Assembly: GCA_964016885.1 (NCBI GenBank)
Contig: OZ024742.1
Coordinates: 262,012,001-262,076,000, forward strand
Length of the DNA stretch: 64,000 nucleotides
DNA from: Eledone cirrhosa
Taxonomy: Eukaryota
Reading direction: 5' to 3'
Shown: positions 14,901 to 27,901 of the stretch, one piece after another
Layout of the letters: each line of letters opens with the position of its first letter
Position numbering within the stretch: the first letter of the stretch is position 1
The notes under the pieces: generated by a model
The model's input: the letters and a program-made list of their open reading frames with translations, nothing else
Told to the model about the DNA's origin: nothing
Database searches by the model: none
Made by a program: the position numbers and the translations under genes

Positions 14901-17900
14901 AATTTAGAATCAGGGGCAGTTTCAGGCAAATAGTCAAGACGGTGTAGGCATAAGAATAAAGGTTTTAAAATAATATTATGATGGAAGATTTTGAAGTAAA
15001 CAATTTCTAAAAAGAACCTTTGATCTTAGAATAAGGGGCAGTTTGGAACCAAAAAGGTTAACTGAGCTGTTAATGATTGTATCTTTTTGCTGTTTTTTCT
15101 CTTTAGAAATCCAACAGTTCTAGTTTCCAGTCTCACCTGGACAAACTATTCCAAATATTGTCAGAAAAGCAGAACCAGCATTGGTGGGCTAGTGTTCACA
15201 TGATCAAGTTAATTGTAACCAGTTGTAACGACAATGACCTTTTGTCTACAGAACATTTCAAGAAACTTATCGATTCAGGTTCTTTACCTTTACAGTAAGT
15301 AACCTCTACATTATTTAGAGTGAACTGGTATGGCCTGGTGAATAGAGTGTTGGATTCAAAATCATATGGTCATGGATTCAATTCTTAGACCAGTTGGGAC
15401 GTGTTCTTGAGCAAGACACTTCATTTTGTGTTGTTTTTCATACGATCATTAAAGCACCCAGGAAATCTCCTATAAAATACAAGCTTATGGGAAGCCAGCT
15501 AAACCTGCATAGGTGTGAGCTGAAAATTAAAAAAATATTTTCTATTTCACAGAGTTTACTGCTGTGTTGTTGGTTTAGCAGCATTGGTAGAATGTTGAAT
15601 AACATTTTACAGTTGTATGTCTGATAAATGACTTGATCTGAAACTGTGTTGTGAAACTAAAGCAATTACAGCATAAAGAGACATTTTAGCCTCAGTTTTA
15701 CTTTTCTAACAAGTGACTTGATCTGAGACTGTAGAAATTAAAGCAATTACTGTGTGGAAGAGTCATTTTTGTCACACTTTGCAGGAATTGTGGTGGAACT
15801 GTGTCAGTGACCCAGTCACAGATAGTGTGACAAGAATTTTACACCAAAACAAAATGATAAATATAAAGTGAAGTTAACAGCATATGTGTGTTTTTGAATG
15901 GCTCAAATGACTCTTCCACTCTGTAATAGCCTTGAATAATGCATTGCAGTTATTTTCTTCTGGCTCTTTACATTCTTATTTCATATCCCATCAAGGTCAA
16001 TTTTATCTTTCATCCTTCCTGAGACTTGAACCCTTTTTATACAAATTCAGTCAAAACCAGCTCTGGTTCTATGAAATAAAAAAATCAACCATTTTAAAGG
16101 ATTTACTTTTAAATTGAAATGTTTCAATATAATTGTATATAAAACCCATATGTTAAGTTACTATCTTGGTAATTAATTAATTAATAATTTTAGTACTTGC
16201 TTCTAAATTAAACTTACCATACGCATCTATGTAGATTTAGCTAACCTCCTGTGAGATATCTCATTGGAGTGTTTTAATGACTGGGGCCTCATTTTAATGT
16301 CTTTCCCTGCTAGCAAAAAAGCAATCATCATCATCATCATCATCAACGTTTAACGTCCGTGTTCCACGCTTGCATGGGTTTGGACGGGGGTAGTCCCACT
16401 TGAGGCGAGAGTGATTGTCTTGCTCGCATAGGACTGTCTGGCAGGTTTTCTACAGTTGGATGCCCTTCCTAACACCAACCACATTTACAGTGTGGGTCTG
16501 GGAGGTTTTTACCGTGTTGCCTACACGGCCACATTACAGCGTAGACTGTGTGTTTTTTTGTCGTGACACCTACACGATCTCATTTGTTTCGGCCTGGATG
16601 GCGCGGCACCAACATAACTTTACATAGAACGGGGTGGTGGTGGTGGGACGGGGTGTATTTTGTTAGAGATGCCTACTGGCTGTAGTAGGTTTTACTATGT
16701 ATTTAGGTAAGGCGGGTCTTCTCTGTTACTGAGTACCGCCAAAGGTCTCGGTCCAGTGACATTGTCTTGGAGAGGTGTAAGTGTGTAAGGTCGGAGTTTA
16801 TCAGCTCGTCCCAGGTTTTTCTAGGTCTGCCTATTCCGTGGCTACCGTCTATCTTTATTGCCCTGCACTTTGTTATACAATGTAAAGTAAAACGTCTTGC
16901 TCAAGAACACAACGCACTGCCAGAAATCAAACTCATGACCTTATGATCATGAGCCTAACACACTAACTAATAGGCCACTTGCCTTCACAGAATTCTTCAT
17001 TAGTTAAGTGTAATTCATTTGAAATGTGATCAAGAAAGAAGGGTTGAGGGTTGGCGCTATGTTGTGTTGGTGAAGATTTGATCACCAGCATAAATGACCC
17101 ATCACTGCACACCCCTACTTCATACATGACCCCTCGAGTATCACTTCTTAGCCATTCCACCTCCCCCTCTAAAATCCTTACATATCCTCTCTATCGCACC
17201 CTTGTGGCAACTCCCTCCACACCAGTACACCCCACTCTGCCTATGCCCATATCCACCCCCACTACCATTTCTTAGCTATTAACTCCATCACTACACTGCT
17301 CCCCTCCATGACTATGCTGGCCATAGCTGTACCACTATCGCCACTTAGGTATTCTCACCACCACTACATCCCCTACTCTGTTGGAAGTCACCCCATCCCC
17401 CTATTCATCACCCTGCACAAATCACATTCCACTATACTGATAAAACTTTATACTTCTGTCCCTTCTCTCCTCCCTCACCCCTGAAGAGCAGAGAGAACTC
17501 TACAGGTGGTAGAATAACTAACAACCTCTCTAGTATCAGTGATCTACACGATACATGCGCCCAGTACATGCTGTAAAGTGGTTGGTGATAGAAAAGGCAT
17601 CTAACCATAGAAAACTTGCTGAAGAAAGTGTTGGGAGGACCCTTCAATTGTGTCAAAAACATGACAACCTCCCCAGTGCTAGTATCACGATAAAATGCAC
17701 TTGGTAGAGTGTGCAACCAAATGTAAGATGCAGCCTGTCTAGGAAGTCAGTAGACTCACTTCAGTACCGATTCAGTCTGTGAAGACCCGTCCAACCATTG
17801 TGAGCAGTGAAAGTGGACATTAAATGGTGATGATGATGGGTCATGTACTGAGGATGATATAATCAACAGTTACAACTCCGAGAACTCTGGCCTTCTGTCT

Positions 17901-20900
17901 ATGTTAGAAATAATTAGTCCTATCATTTTCATTCTTCCAGGGTTGATAAAGCAAGTATCAGTATTGATTGACTAGACCAACCCTTAAAATAGGATGCTGT
18001 GTGTTAAAAATTATTAATTTTCTGAGGTCGAATTTGGCTGCAGAATAGCTCTTCTTTATCCCACTACTGTCAACTTTGCCTTTCATCCTTACGTGGTCAA
18101 TAAAATACCAGTAATGCACTGGGATCAATTTAATCCACTTGCCCTTTCCTTTCAAATTGCTGACTTTGTGCCAAATGAAAAAACAGTTATTTAGGGTGTT
18201 AGGTAATAGAATCAGTAGAATATCAGTCAATATACTGGGATTGATTTAATCTCTCTCTCACCCACTCCTCCCCTTGAATTTGTGGCTTCATGTTAACATA
18301 AGAATTAGTTATTTATATTTGTAGTATCCAGCCTGTTTATCTTTCAATAGGTTGCAAATTCAGAGTCGTTAGAATGCTGGGTTAAATGCTTTGGTACTTA
18401 TTCCAACTCACTGAGCTCTGAGTTCAAATACTGCCATCGTCAACTTTGCCTTTCATCCTTTTGGAGCTGACAAACAAAATTACCAGTCCATGAGCAGTGG
18501 ATTGTTGAAATTTTAGAGTCAGACAGAATGTGTATCTGATCTGGCTCTGTGCGTTCTTCCACTAGGAGTTCAAATCCTGCCTTCTTCCATTAAGAGTTGT
18601 GACTGGCAGATAATATTAGCAATGGAAACAATGTTTCCTTGGTCTGATCCTTATGACAAACTTTTTTTTTGCCTTGTTTTGTCTGTTGTATATCTTAATC
18701 TTTTTAAAAAAGCCCTTTTCTTACTCCCTTTCTAGGTGTTTACCGGATTTGTTCAACTCTCTCATCAAAAAGAAGAAAGCAAGTCTGGTGAATTTGGCTG
18801 TGAGGAAACTTTCAGATATCCCAGAAATATGTTTAGCAAATATCATAAAATTTTATGTGAGGTAAGTTGGTTGTTGCTTGCACATGGTGCAGAAAGTTCA
18901 ATTAGTGAAGAGCAAGTAATGAAAAAACAATGAAATTTACAATTTACACATATGCAGGTTTAGCTAGAGTCCTATGAGGATTTACCTGTGCCTCACTGTA
19001 TGTACAAATGATAAATATAATATAATTGAAATAAAAAAAAGTTTTTCAACATTCCTGCTCCTAAAAGCACCACCACTACTGCTCTCTCACACATACACTC
19101 ACATGAAATAGCCTTAACCCGTTCATTACTATATTTCAAATGAAAGATACTGCATATAATTTTCTAATAATTTTGCAAATAATCTAGAATTTGAAGGGGT
19201 TTATTGATACAAATGACTTTATCATTATTAAGTTATTGTTGGTAACATCATTTATCAAAGGTTTTCACTTACAATTATGATGATAGTTTTTTTGTATCAT
19301 AGAATCAAGGGGAGTTTCAGGCAGTTTCATATGAAGATTAATATAATCGATATTGGGTTTTTTTTTTACAACTTGGAGGTTTTTGTTACTTTTACTTTTA
19401 CTTTATAGCATTGATGAACTCAGCAATGGCAAAGAGCAACAAGAAGAGATGGAAGTTGATAACCCAGAAGATTCTACAGTCTGCTTAGAATGTCCTGTCA
19501 GTCAAAAGATAGCAGCATATTTGTATCCTTTCTATTGAACATAACTACATTCACTGTTCTGTTGTTTTAAGTCTTAACATCCTGTAATGATTCAGCAGAA
19601 AACATTTTAAGACTTGTTTGTTAATTCAAATGTTTATCTTATGTTTACTAGTGGACAGATTATGAAAATGTGTTTAATGTGTACTTTTCAAGAATGTCTT
19701 GCTAATGTAGTTTCATGTAATTTGTTAATTCAAATGTTTATAGAATTGTTTTTTTGTGGACAGGTTGTTGTTAAAATTTGAAGTAAACTAAGGTAAAGAC
19801 TTCAATTGTTTGTGATGCAATCCTAGTATTGTTTTGTACTTTCCAAGAATGTCTTGCTAATGTAGTTTTATGTGGCACAGGATATTAACAGTTAAGTAGT
19901 CAGCAATCATGGTACATTATAAATGATCTGCGTATGTAAATTCAGAATAATTTATTTGAAAAAAGTAAAGGAAATATTACAACATACATGGGACATCCCT
20001 TTTATTTTCCACATATCTCCTGGAATTTTGTATGCGTAAATTCAGAAGTTGGTGGATTGGCAGTATCGGTAGAGGTCTGATGCCATGCTTTCCAGCATAG
20101 TTACGTCCCTTTACGATCTGAGTTCAAATCCCGCCGAAGTTGACTTTGCCTTTCATCCTTACGGGGTCGATAAAATAAAGTACCAGTAATGCACTGGGTA
20201 ATTGCTGGCCTTGTGCCTAAAGTAGAAACAATTATTAAAAAGAAATGTTTTGAATTCAGTTGTGATTAAAGAAAATCATCATCATCGTTTAACGTCCATC
20301 TTCCACGCTAGCATGGGTTAGACGGGAGTTGTCCCAATTTGAGGCAAGGTTGGTCGGGTGACCATGTCTCGCTTGTATAGGACTATCTGGCAGGTTTTCT
20401 ACGGCTGGATGCCCTTCCTAACACCAACCACATTTACAGTGTGGACTGGGAACTTTTTACTGTGTTACCTAACCGGCCACATTACAGCGTGGACTGTGTG
20501 TTTTTTTGTCATGACACCTACATGATCTCGATCTCATTATCTCATTAATTTGGACTGGATGTTGTGGTACCAACTTTACAGAGAAAGGGTGGTGTTGGTG
20601 GGAGTGGGAGGATGGAGTAGGGGTAGTGGGTTGGGGCGTATATTTGGTTAAGAGGTGCCTACTGACTGTAGGTTTCGCTTTGTACATAGGCAAGGCGTGT
20701 CTTCTATATTACTGCATGGCGCCAAAGATCTCGGTCCAGTGAATTGTCTTAGAGAGGTACAAGTGTATAAGGTCGGAATTTATCAAATCGTCCCAGGTTT
20801 TTCTGGGTCTATCTACTCTGTAACTTCCATTAATTTTGATTGCCCTATGAAAGTAAATTGATTTAAATGAATCAGAGAGGACTATTTAGTTATGTGAAGG

Positions 20901-23900
20901 GCACAACAACTTCTGTAGAGTTTGTCAATTGATAAAACATATCCAGTACACTCTGTCTAGTGATTGGTGATAGGAAGGGCGTCAAACTGTAAAAAATGTG
21001 TCCAACTAAGAGTCAAGAGGACTCTTCCATTGTGTCTAAGACATGACAGCCTCCCTAATGCTTGTGCCACAATAAAATGCACCTGCTGCACTCTGTAGAG
21101 TGTGAGACCTCACCTTGCTCATACGTTCCTTAGGGATGCTCTTCCTAACACCAACCACCATACAGTTTACTGAATGCATTTTATCATGGCACTAGAAAAA
21201 TTGATTGTAAATGGCTGTCTACCTAAAATGAAAGATCATCCTTTTATTTCCTAACTTCATATTTTACAATCTGTGTTTCAATGACAGCATCAATAAGAGG
21301 GATTTTGTAAATGTCTTCCATTTGCTTTACACTAAAGAATTGTTTTTATAGATGAGTATATTTCCTAAATAGGTGACAAAGTGGCAGAATCTACACACTG
21401 AGTTCAGATTCCACCGAGGTCAACTTTGCTTTTCATTTTTTCAAGATTGGCATATAAATTACCAATCCAGTAACTGTGGATTGGCAGAATCATTTAAAAA
21501 GTCAGACTTGCTGCATTGTGGTATCTGTTCCACCTCTGTGCCTTCTGAGTTCAAATCCCACTCCCACTACCCCAACAATCTGGTTTTTATGGGAAGTAAA
21601 TAACCTATCAAAACGATCATGAATGTTCTTAAATACCAATTGAAATATGTCCGTGACATTTTGTACTCTCCTGTAAGTGGAAATAACAATTACAAGACCT
21701 TTCCTAATGCTAACAACTCAACTGCAGGGCAAGAGTGCACTCTGTTTTGTCAGCTAAGCAGACTGAGACAAGCAGTGCTAATTACATTGACCAGATATAC
21801 AATGGACTGGACACCTAGACATTTGGTGTTTCTGAAAATGAGTGTTCCAGTTGTTCAATTGACAGAACAACCAGCTCATGACTTTAACTTGCAAGTGCTT
21901 GAACCTTTCATAAGCATGGGTATGTAATTCTCAGGAAGATACAGTGTGGCACTGTGTATGACAAGGCTGGTCCTTAGAATTACAGGCTTTTAAGTAGTTT
22001 CCATCTACTCAGTTACTTTCACAGGACTTGAATTGACCTGAGGCTATGACATGATACTTGTGCAAGATCCAATGCAGTGGGGTTGAACTTGAAATTTTAG
22101 GATTGCAAAGCAAACTTCTTAACCATTGAGCTAGGCAGTATCCACACAATCTCTTTTGTGGTGTTTGAATTAATGTGAAAACACTGGGTCTCATCATACA
22201 GTTGTGGCTTCATTTTCTGGCCCAAACAACCTGTATTCTTGAACAACATACTTAATTTCTTTTGCCTTTTCTGATAGGACTAGGTTTCCTATCATTAAAA
22301 CACAAACCAGCAGGTAAAAACAAACATTAAATTATGATGATAATGAATGTGTTTGTAAGAATTAAATTATTACCTTAACAAGTACTAAGATGTCAACTGT
22401 TGTCATACCCTTTTAGTGATGTATATTTAAACCATGCCATGAAGACACTTCCCTTTAAATATGCTGTGGTAAGTTTCTATACCATTATTTTGTCAACCAT
22501 TATTATCATTGTCACCCACCATCACTACCATTATCATCCACCATCATTACGTTACCCACCATCAACACCACTGTCCTCTATCATCACTACCACTGTCATC
22601 CACTGTACTCACCATCAACACCACTGTCACCCACCATCACTACCTCATTTCAGACAACAATTGCAAATGAAGGCATGTGGACTAGTGGTTAGACTGTTGG
22701 TCTCCTGGTAATAATGGTTACGATTACTGGATCAGGTTGTGCATCATGTTCTTGAGCAGGACATTTCATTTAATGTTGTACTTCATGAAATCCTGGGGTC
22801 CCTATCATTAAAGCACCCTAGAAACCTCCTTTAAGATGTAATCTTGTAGTAGGCCAGATCAGCCTGCAGAGGTATGAGCTGTAAATTTCCTTTTTGTTTT
22901 TTCAATAATTACAATTCCCAATTGTTTTGTTTTATTTAGATATTGCTGAGGTTTTTAAATTATCAATTACTGGAAGCTTCTGTATTACCTGAATCTGAAG
23001 TATCTACTCCATCTATTATGAAAGTAAGTTGTAACCATATGTTAAGTTACTATCTTAATAAAAAAAATAATTATTAAAATCTTCCAACATAATTTTATAT
23101 AAGAACCATATATTTAGTTACTGTCTTTGTAATGAAATAATTAATAATTTTAGTAAATCTCTCTAAATTTTTCATTAATTAATTGAAATATGTTTACAAA
23201 AGAGTTAAACACTTGCAATTGAATTTATTTATTTTACAGTTTTTACATTAAAATTTCCATAACTTAAGTGCAGGCATAGCTGTGTGGTTAAGGAGCTCAC
23301 AACCATATGGTCTTCGGTTCAGTCCCACTGCATTGCACCTTCAGCAAGTGTCTTCTGCTATAGATTTGGTTTGAGCAATACCTTGTGAGTGAAATTTAGG
23401 TTGCAAAAACTGAAAGTCCATCGTATGTGGGTCCATGTCTGTTTATGATCTGTAATTTAGTGATTTAACAAAAAAAGATTGATAAAATAGTACCAGGTTT
23501 GAAAAATAAGTATTGAGATATGATCCCAGGATGGCTACAGTTTAGTGACTGAAACCAGTAAAAGAATAGGTAAAAATATGTAGGAAATTTCAGGCATGTT
23601 AAGGAATATAAATTCATACTCAAACATACACACAAATATGGAAAGCACATGCACACACATATACAAAGGGTTGGGAAAATTCTTAAGCAGGACAACCTTA
23701 TAAGTGTTGGTGATCTACACAATAAATGCACCCAATACACTCTGTAAAGTAGTTGGTGTTCGGAAGGGCATCCATCCATAGAAAACCTGTCAAATAAAGA
23801 GTTATGAGGACCCTTCAGCTGTTTCAAAGATATGGCAACCTCTCTAGTGCTTGTGTCATCATAAAATGCACTCAGTAGAGTGTGAGAACATTTTGTAAGT

Positions 23901-26900
23901 GAGCTGTGAGCCTCCTGCCTGCCTGAGTACTAAGTGGTTAGTAGCTCTACTTGAGTATTGACTTGCTAGCTAGGAAAACATATTAAATGATGATGATGAT
24001 GATATATATATATTCTTTATTTAGGACAAGTTTGAGTCTTGTTACTCTAGAGTTTCTCCTGGCACTCAGTCTTGTCTGACAACATTGTGAGTACACAGCA
24101 AAAACTCCAGAGTAACAAGACAGAAGCTTAACCTAAATAAAGTGTATTTAAATCTCTACTAAGGTATTCAGTACTCATTCTCACAGCCATCAATATTATA
24201 TATGTGGGTGTGTGTGTCATCATCATCATCACCGTTTTACGTCTGTTCTTCCATGCTAGCATGGGTTAGATGGGTTGTCCTGTTGTGGGCAGTGTCCAGA
24301 CGGCTGACCTTGTCTCGCTCATACGGGAACTGATTCTCGCTTGATTTCTACAGCTGAATGCCCTTCCTAACACCAACCTCATTTACAGTGAGTGCTGGGT
24401 GCTTTTTTCCGTGGCGCCTGCTCGTCCACTTTACAGTGTGGGCTGGGTGCTTTTTTGCAGTGGGAGGGGGCGGTGCATATTGTCTATATGCTTCAGCTCG
24501 TACCCATGGGATGTCGGGTCTTCTGTACTACTGCGTGACACCAGAGGTCACGGTCGTGTGTCATCACCTTTGAGCGGTGCAATTGGGTAAGGTCGGTTTT
24601 ATCTCCTCATCCCAGGTTTTCTTGGGTCTCCCCATCAACTTCTAGTGCTCTGCACCTTTTTATGCAGCTGTCATCCTTCATACGCATCACATGTCCATAC
24701 CAACGCAACCTCCTCTCCTGCACACAGCATTTGATTCCTTTTATGCTCAGTCTCTCTCTCAATTCGTTTATGCTTTGCTGTTCGCGTATATTACTATTAC
24801 ACATCCATCAGAGCATGCAAGTCTTCTATAGACAACGCCCAGGTCTCACTACCATGTAACATTGCTGTTCGTATACACACATCATACAGTCTGCCTTTCA
24901 TTTTGAGGGAAAAGCCTTTTGCAGCTAGCAGTGGCAGTAGCTCCCTGAACTTCTTCCATCCCGTTCTTACCCTAGTTATTGTACTTTCTGAACACCCACC
25001 TCTGCTGCTAATTCGGTCACCTAGGTAGCAGAAGCTGTCTACTGTTTCTACAGAGCTCTCCCAGAGTTTGGTGGTGCTTGTTTCCTGTGGCTGTTTGCTG
25101 CTTGCTGTCCCAGCACAGCTGCTACATATGAAGCCTACATTCTTAGTTAAGCTTCCTGAGATCCCACTACATCTCTTGTGTACCCATTGTTTGCATTTGG
25201 GGCAGAGGATGGAGTTCCTACCTACACCTTTCCTACATACTGAGCAAGGCCATTTCCCTGAGGGGATCTGGGTTCTGTTTTCTTGTCTACTTACGAGGAC
25301 CTTATTCTGTATGTATATGTGTATATATATCATTCCCCACTTTAAAAAGCCTTCAAAGCAGGTTCGTGTAGCTGGCCGTAGCCTAAAAGTGCACCATTTT
25401 CTGTAATCTGACAAGCGATTGCAATACTCTTAGCAGAGTTTGCAGCCATCATATCATTGTCTTCATCATCATTTAACGTTAATTTTCCCTGTTAGCAAGG
25501 GTTTGGTGAGTCCTCAATAAAAATGAACATTAATTGAAATATTTCTAACTGAAACTTTTCATTCTTTCCTTGTGTAGATTGTTGACTGGATATCTGCAAC
25601 TGTTGATGCTCATGTCTTACAAATGGTCATCTCACCTGATACTAAACAGCTACTCTCCACCTTATATAACACCATTAAAAAAAGGGTAAGAACTGTTTTT
25701 GCTTTATCATTGTTTTGTTTTTTTACCTCACAAATTTCTTAGTTATTGGAGACTAAAAGTGCATGACCTAGTGGTTAGAGTGCTGGATTCACAATGATAT
25801 GGTTGTGAGTTTCATTCTTGGACCAAGCAGCACATTGTGTTCTTGAGCAAGACACTTCGTTTTACATAGCTTTTCATAATAGGATTGGGGCTCCTATAAT
25901 TTAAAACACCTGAGAAGCCTATAAGAAGCAACCTTGTAGGAAGCCAGCTAAATCTGAGCTGTAGATTCCATTTCAATTATTGGCGCAAGCATTTTATAAA
26001 ATGAGCCGTCTTTCATTTTAAGTAGACAGTAGTCAACGACCATACATAATAAACTGATTATGAACAGTATCTTATAAGTCTGTGTGTGGAATTAAGGAAA
26101 AGTAGGAAAGATATGTGAAGAATGAATGAGATTTCTACGTAGAGAGGAATCCAGTTCTCAGACTGGTAGAGGAGATAGCTGAAGAAGTTTAAGAAACAGA
26201 GAAAGATAAAGAGTGGACAGGTAGGAGGGCTGACAGATGTGGGGGATATGTTAAAGGCAGTGGAAAGAGACCTGTAGGTTGGTAGTGAAAGAAGACTGTC
26301 TTCAAGTAGATTGGGACTTGAGTACTCATCCCTTTGTGCAAGGGAAAGAGCAATCTCCTAAGCTGTGGCTCATATAGAACAATTAAGTTATTGGAACATG
26401 GAATGAAGGTGTTGGAGAAGAAGCCAAGGAAGAAAGGGAAGATTGATGAAATAAAGTTTGGATTTGTGTCGGGAAAAAGACTGACTGATGCAATTTTTAA
26501 TGTGAAGCAGTTACACAAGTGCAGGGGCAAGAGGAAGAATTTGTTTTTTTTTGTTCGTTGATCTGGGGAAAGCTTGCATGAAGTAGTGACATGGACATTG
26601 AGAGAGTAGATTGTTGAAGAATGGTTGGTTATTGATAATGGATGAGAACAGTAACAAGTTTGAAGTAAAGGCTAGAATGTATCAGGGATCAGTGTTAAGT
26701 ACATTATTTGTAATTGTGATAGATGTACTTACGCTAACTGTAAAGGAGAGTTTACCATGGGGGTTGTTGTATGCAGATAACCTGGTGTTAATAGCAGAGT
26801 ATGGATGGACTGAAGGAGAAGATGAATGTGTGGAAGGAATGTATGGAGATAAAAAATATGGAAGTTGAATATTGGAAAAACAATGGTGATAACATGTAGT

Positions 26901-27886
26901 AAAGCATTTGGTGGAAGAACAGGAAGGGTGTTGGAGTAAACCTTTTTAAATGTATGGTGTTTACATAAAAAATGTAGAGTTGTGAAAGAAAATAGTGTGG
27001 CTGCTACATTTAAGTGTAGAGTATGTATGGAGGAAGCTACAGCAAAAGGGAATGTTGGATCCTCTGAATAGTGTGAAGAAAGTTGTGAAAACGTTTTGTT
27101 ACCTTGGAGACCTATTGAATAGAGAGGGCGGATCGGACTCTGTGATAGTATCTAAAGTGAGATATGCATGAAAGAAGTTCTGGGAACTGAGTGATGTGCT
27201 AATGTGGAGGGGTGTCTTGCTGAAACTGAAGGGAAATGTGTGAAAATGTGTGAAAAATGCCATGATTTATGGGAGCATGACATGGGTGATGAATGTGGAG
27301 AATCAGAGAAGGCTAGAAAAAATGAAAATGGTCTGGTGGATGAGTGGAGTATCGCTAAGAGAAAAGAAACAAACAATGAATTGCAGATGATGGTGCGAAT
27401 AAAATCAGTGATGAATGTTATGAAGAGAAATAAAATGAAATAGTTGGGTCATGTGTTAAGAAAGGATAAAAATGACTGAATAAGAAGAGTGATGAATGAA
27501 TGTGAAAGGATATATAGGGAGGGGAAGACAAAGAAAAACATGGTTGAAATTAGAGAAGGTGGAATGCAGACAATGGAGAAAAGTAGAAAAACTTGTCATG
27601 AAGCTAACCTCTACTTTAGCAGGGAAGAAGACCTTAAAACGCATTTGTGTATATTACATGACATCCTTTAATTTGGACTGCATTATTGTCAATAAATTAT
27701 TGGTTTTGGTATTATATATTTTCCGGCTGTTAATTAACATTCTTAATTTGTTTACTTCAGGTGGAATTCGTTGACCAGCTCTCCAGTATTGAAGCCTGTT
27801 TAATTCAAATGGATAATAAAAATGCATTTCTCAACACACCACAAGACGTTGGACAATACTGCATTAGAACACTGCATATTCCATAG
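2953..27886 (+). CDS. NOL11: Nucleolar protein 11 (5'-partial; 13 coding exons in window, ~552 aa to stop)
   Basis: Exons with AG/GT boundaries and consistent phases: 2953-3150, 4249-4393, 6190-6348, 7926-8008, 9673-9852, 12528-12596, 15107-15294, 18736-18861, 19409-19522, 22390-22468, 22940-23023, 25578-25685, 27761-27886 (TAG). The spliced translation has motifs resembling vertebrate NOL11 as I recall it: SIYQIFMLNSGHIIIVYENGSI, CLPDLF..LSDIPEICL, CPVSQKIAAYL, IVDWISATVDAH, and C-terminal GQYCIRTLHIP*. Confidence 0.88.
3960..4140 (+). mobile_element. Degenerate LINE (RTE-like) C-terminal fragment
   Basis: LLWEPTQGRCNRDKHARTFIDQL resembles the WxPxxGxRxRGRPxxTxxDxL tail of RTE-type ORF2 proteins. 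Confidence 0.45.
4458..5060 (+). mobile_element. Two tandem tRNA-derived SINE copies
   Basis: tRNA-like heads (..agtggttagggt..ggactcacaatc..ggttcagttcc) followed by gttcttgagcaagacacttcatttcac. The same family recurs at ~13140, 15325, 22668, 25757, 39910, 43275 and 63391, and inverted at ~16880, 31800, 49120 and 56440-56795. Confidence 0.7.
5926..6005. repeat. Perfect 40-bp tandem duplication
   Basis: acctgcattgttgaaatttgtaataatatgataggagcct occurs twice, inside a SINE-tail fragment. Confidence 0.9.
9895..10515 (+). mobile_element. Three tandem SINE copies with conserved core GCCTTTCATCCTT..GGGGTCGATAAAATAAGTACC (Meta/MESC-domain-like)
   Basis: Repeated tRNA-like head (ggcagaatc.ttag..gagttcaaatcc) plus shared core. 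The Meta-domain assignment is from recall. Confidence 0.7.
10681..11915 (+). pseudogene. piggyBac transposase relic interrupted by a SINE (11286-11480)
   Basis: TTAA|CCCTTT terminus at 10677-10686. Fragments TKEEIQSFSAINIIMSI, IMTQTHFIKLCQYFHIED..YDLLFKIRP and YKDKEQINFLST resemble PGBD/piggyBac motifs (M.R.RF..I...LHF.D..DRL.KIRP; WKD...V..LST). Confidence 0.7.
11922..12150. mobile_element. MITE with CCCTTTAGCATTTA terminal inverted repeats (piggyBac-like)
   Basis: Ends are ccctttagcatttac and taaatgttaaaggg. It is an inverted homolog of 32484-32680. Confidence 0.7.
13540..13920 (+). mobile_element. Old RTE-type LINE 3' fragment
   Basis: Degenerate KKFRELL...LKVKVRLYDACV..YGSET, homologous to the 3' part of 317-2696. 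Confidence 0.7.
16325..16880 (-). mobile_element. RTE-type LINE 3' end (subfamily variant)
   Basis: (CAT)n tail, ggatgcccttcctaacaccaacc 3' UTR motif, and GRPRKTWDE coding remnant. A related copy lies at 20275-20850. Confidence 0.75.
19570..19894. mobile_element. MITE family with (TTAA)CTCTTAACATCCTGTA termini
   Basis: Ends are cttaacatcctgta and acaggatattaacagttaa. Similar copies occur at ~47909-48080, 50014-50236 and 50590-50930. Confidence 0.55.
20050..20236 (+). mobile_element. Young SINE (Meta-like core)
   Basis: Nearly identical to 45986-46173. Confidence 0.85.
20275..20850 (-). mobile_element. RTE-type LINE 3' end
   Basis: (CAT)n tail and the same 3' UTR as 16325-16880. Confidence 0.75.
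23270..23560 (+). mobile_element. tRNA-derived SINE with CORE-like segment (gcaccttgggcaagtgtcttct)
   Basis: tRNA-like head gcaggcatagctgtgtggttaag..ggttcagtcccact. A homolog lies at ~52125-52400, with inverted copies at ~22010-22140 and 57000-57280. Confidence 0.65.
24011..24200. mobile_element. Small fold-back element with degenerate hammerhead (Penelope-like terminal repeat relic)
   Basis: Inverted arms ctttatttagg..tcttgttactctagagtttc and aaactccagagtaacaaga..cctaaataaag. Hammerhead-shaped 24070-24120, next to (TA)n. Confidence 0.55.
24218..25306 (-). mobile_element. 5'-truncated RTE-type LINE, close copy of the 3' part of 317-2696
   Basis: ORF 24797-25414 repeats GKWPCSVCRKGVG..HKRC..CSSC..VDSFCYLGD; (CAT)n tail at 24218. 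Confidence 0.92.
26150..27640 (+). mobile_element. Old degenerate RTE-type LINE
   Basis: Fragments SYRTIKLLEHGMKVLE, FGFVSGK.LTDAIF, QGSVLS, LLYADNLVLI and FCYLGD, with many frameshifts. Confidence 0.8.
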
Positions 27887-27895
27887 AACTTTCAA

Positions 27896-27901
27896 AATAA
27901 A
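27896..27901 (+). promoter_or_regulatory. Candidate polyadenylation signal of NOL11
   Basis: AATAAA about 10 nt after the TAG stop. The context is AT-rich, so it could be chance. Confidence 0.35.

Larger units (their letters stand above)
19523..22389 (+). other. U12-type (minor spliceosome) GT-AG intron of NOL11
   Basis: The 5' splice site is GTATCCTTT (19523-19531) and the branch point is TACCTTAAC (22371-22379), about 11 nt upstream of the AG at 22388-22389. There is no polypyrimidine tract, and the join keeps the frame (AAY-L-CQLLSYPFSDVYL). Confidence 0.88.

Noticed and set aside
22490-22650. His/Pro-rich ORF extension (22400-22711)
   Set aside because: It is a degenerate (CAC/CAT)n microsatellite after the true donor at 22469.
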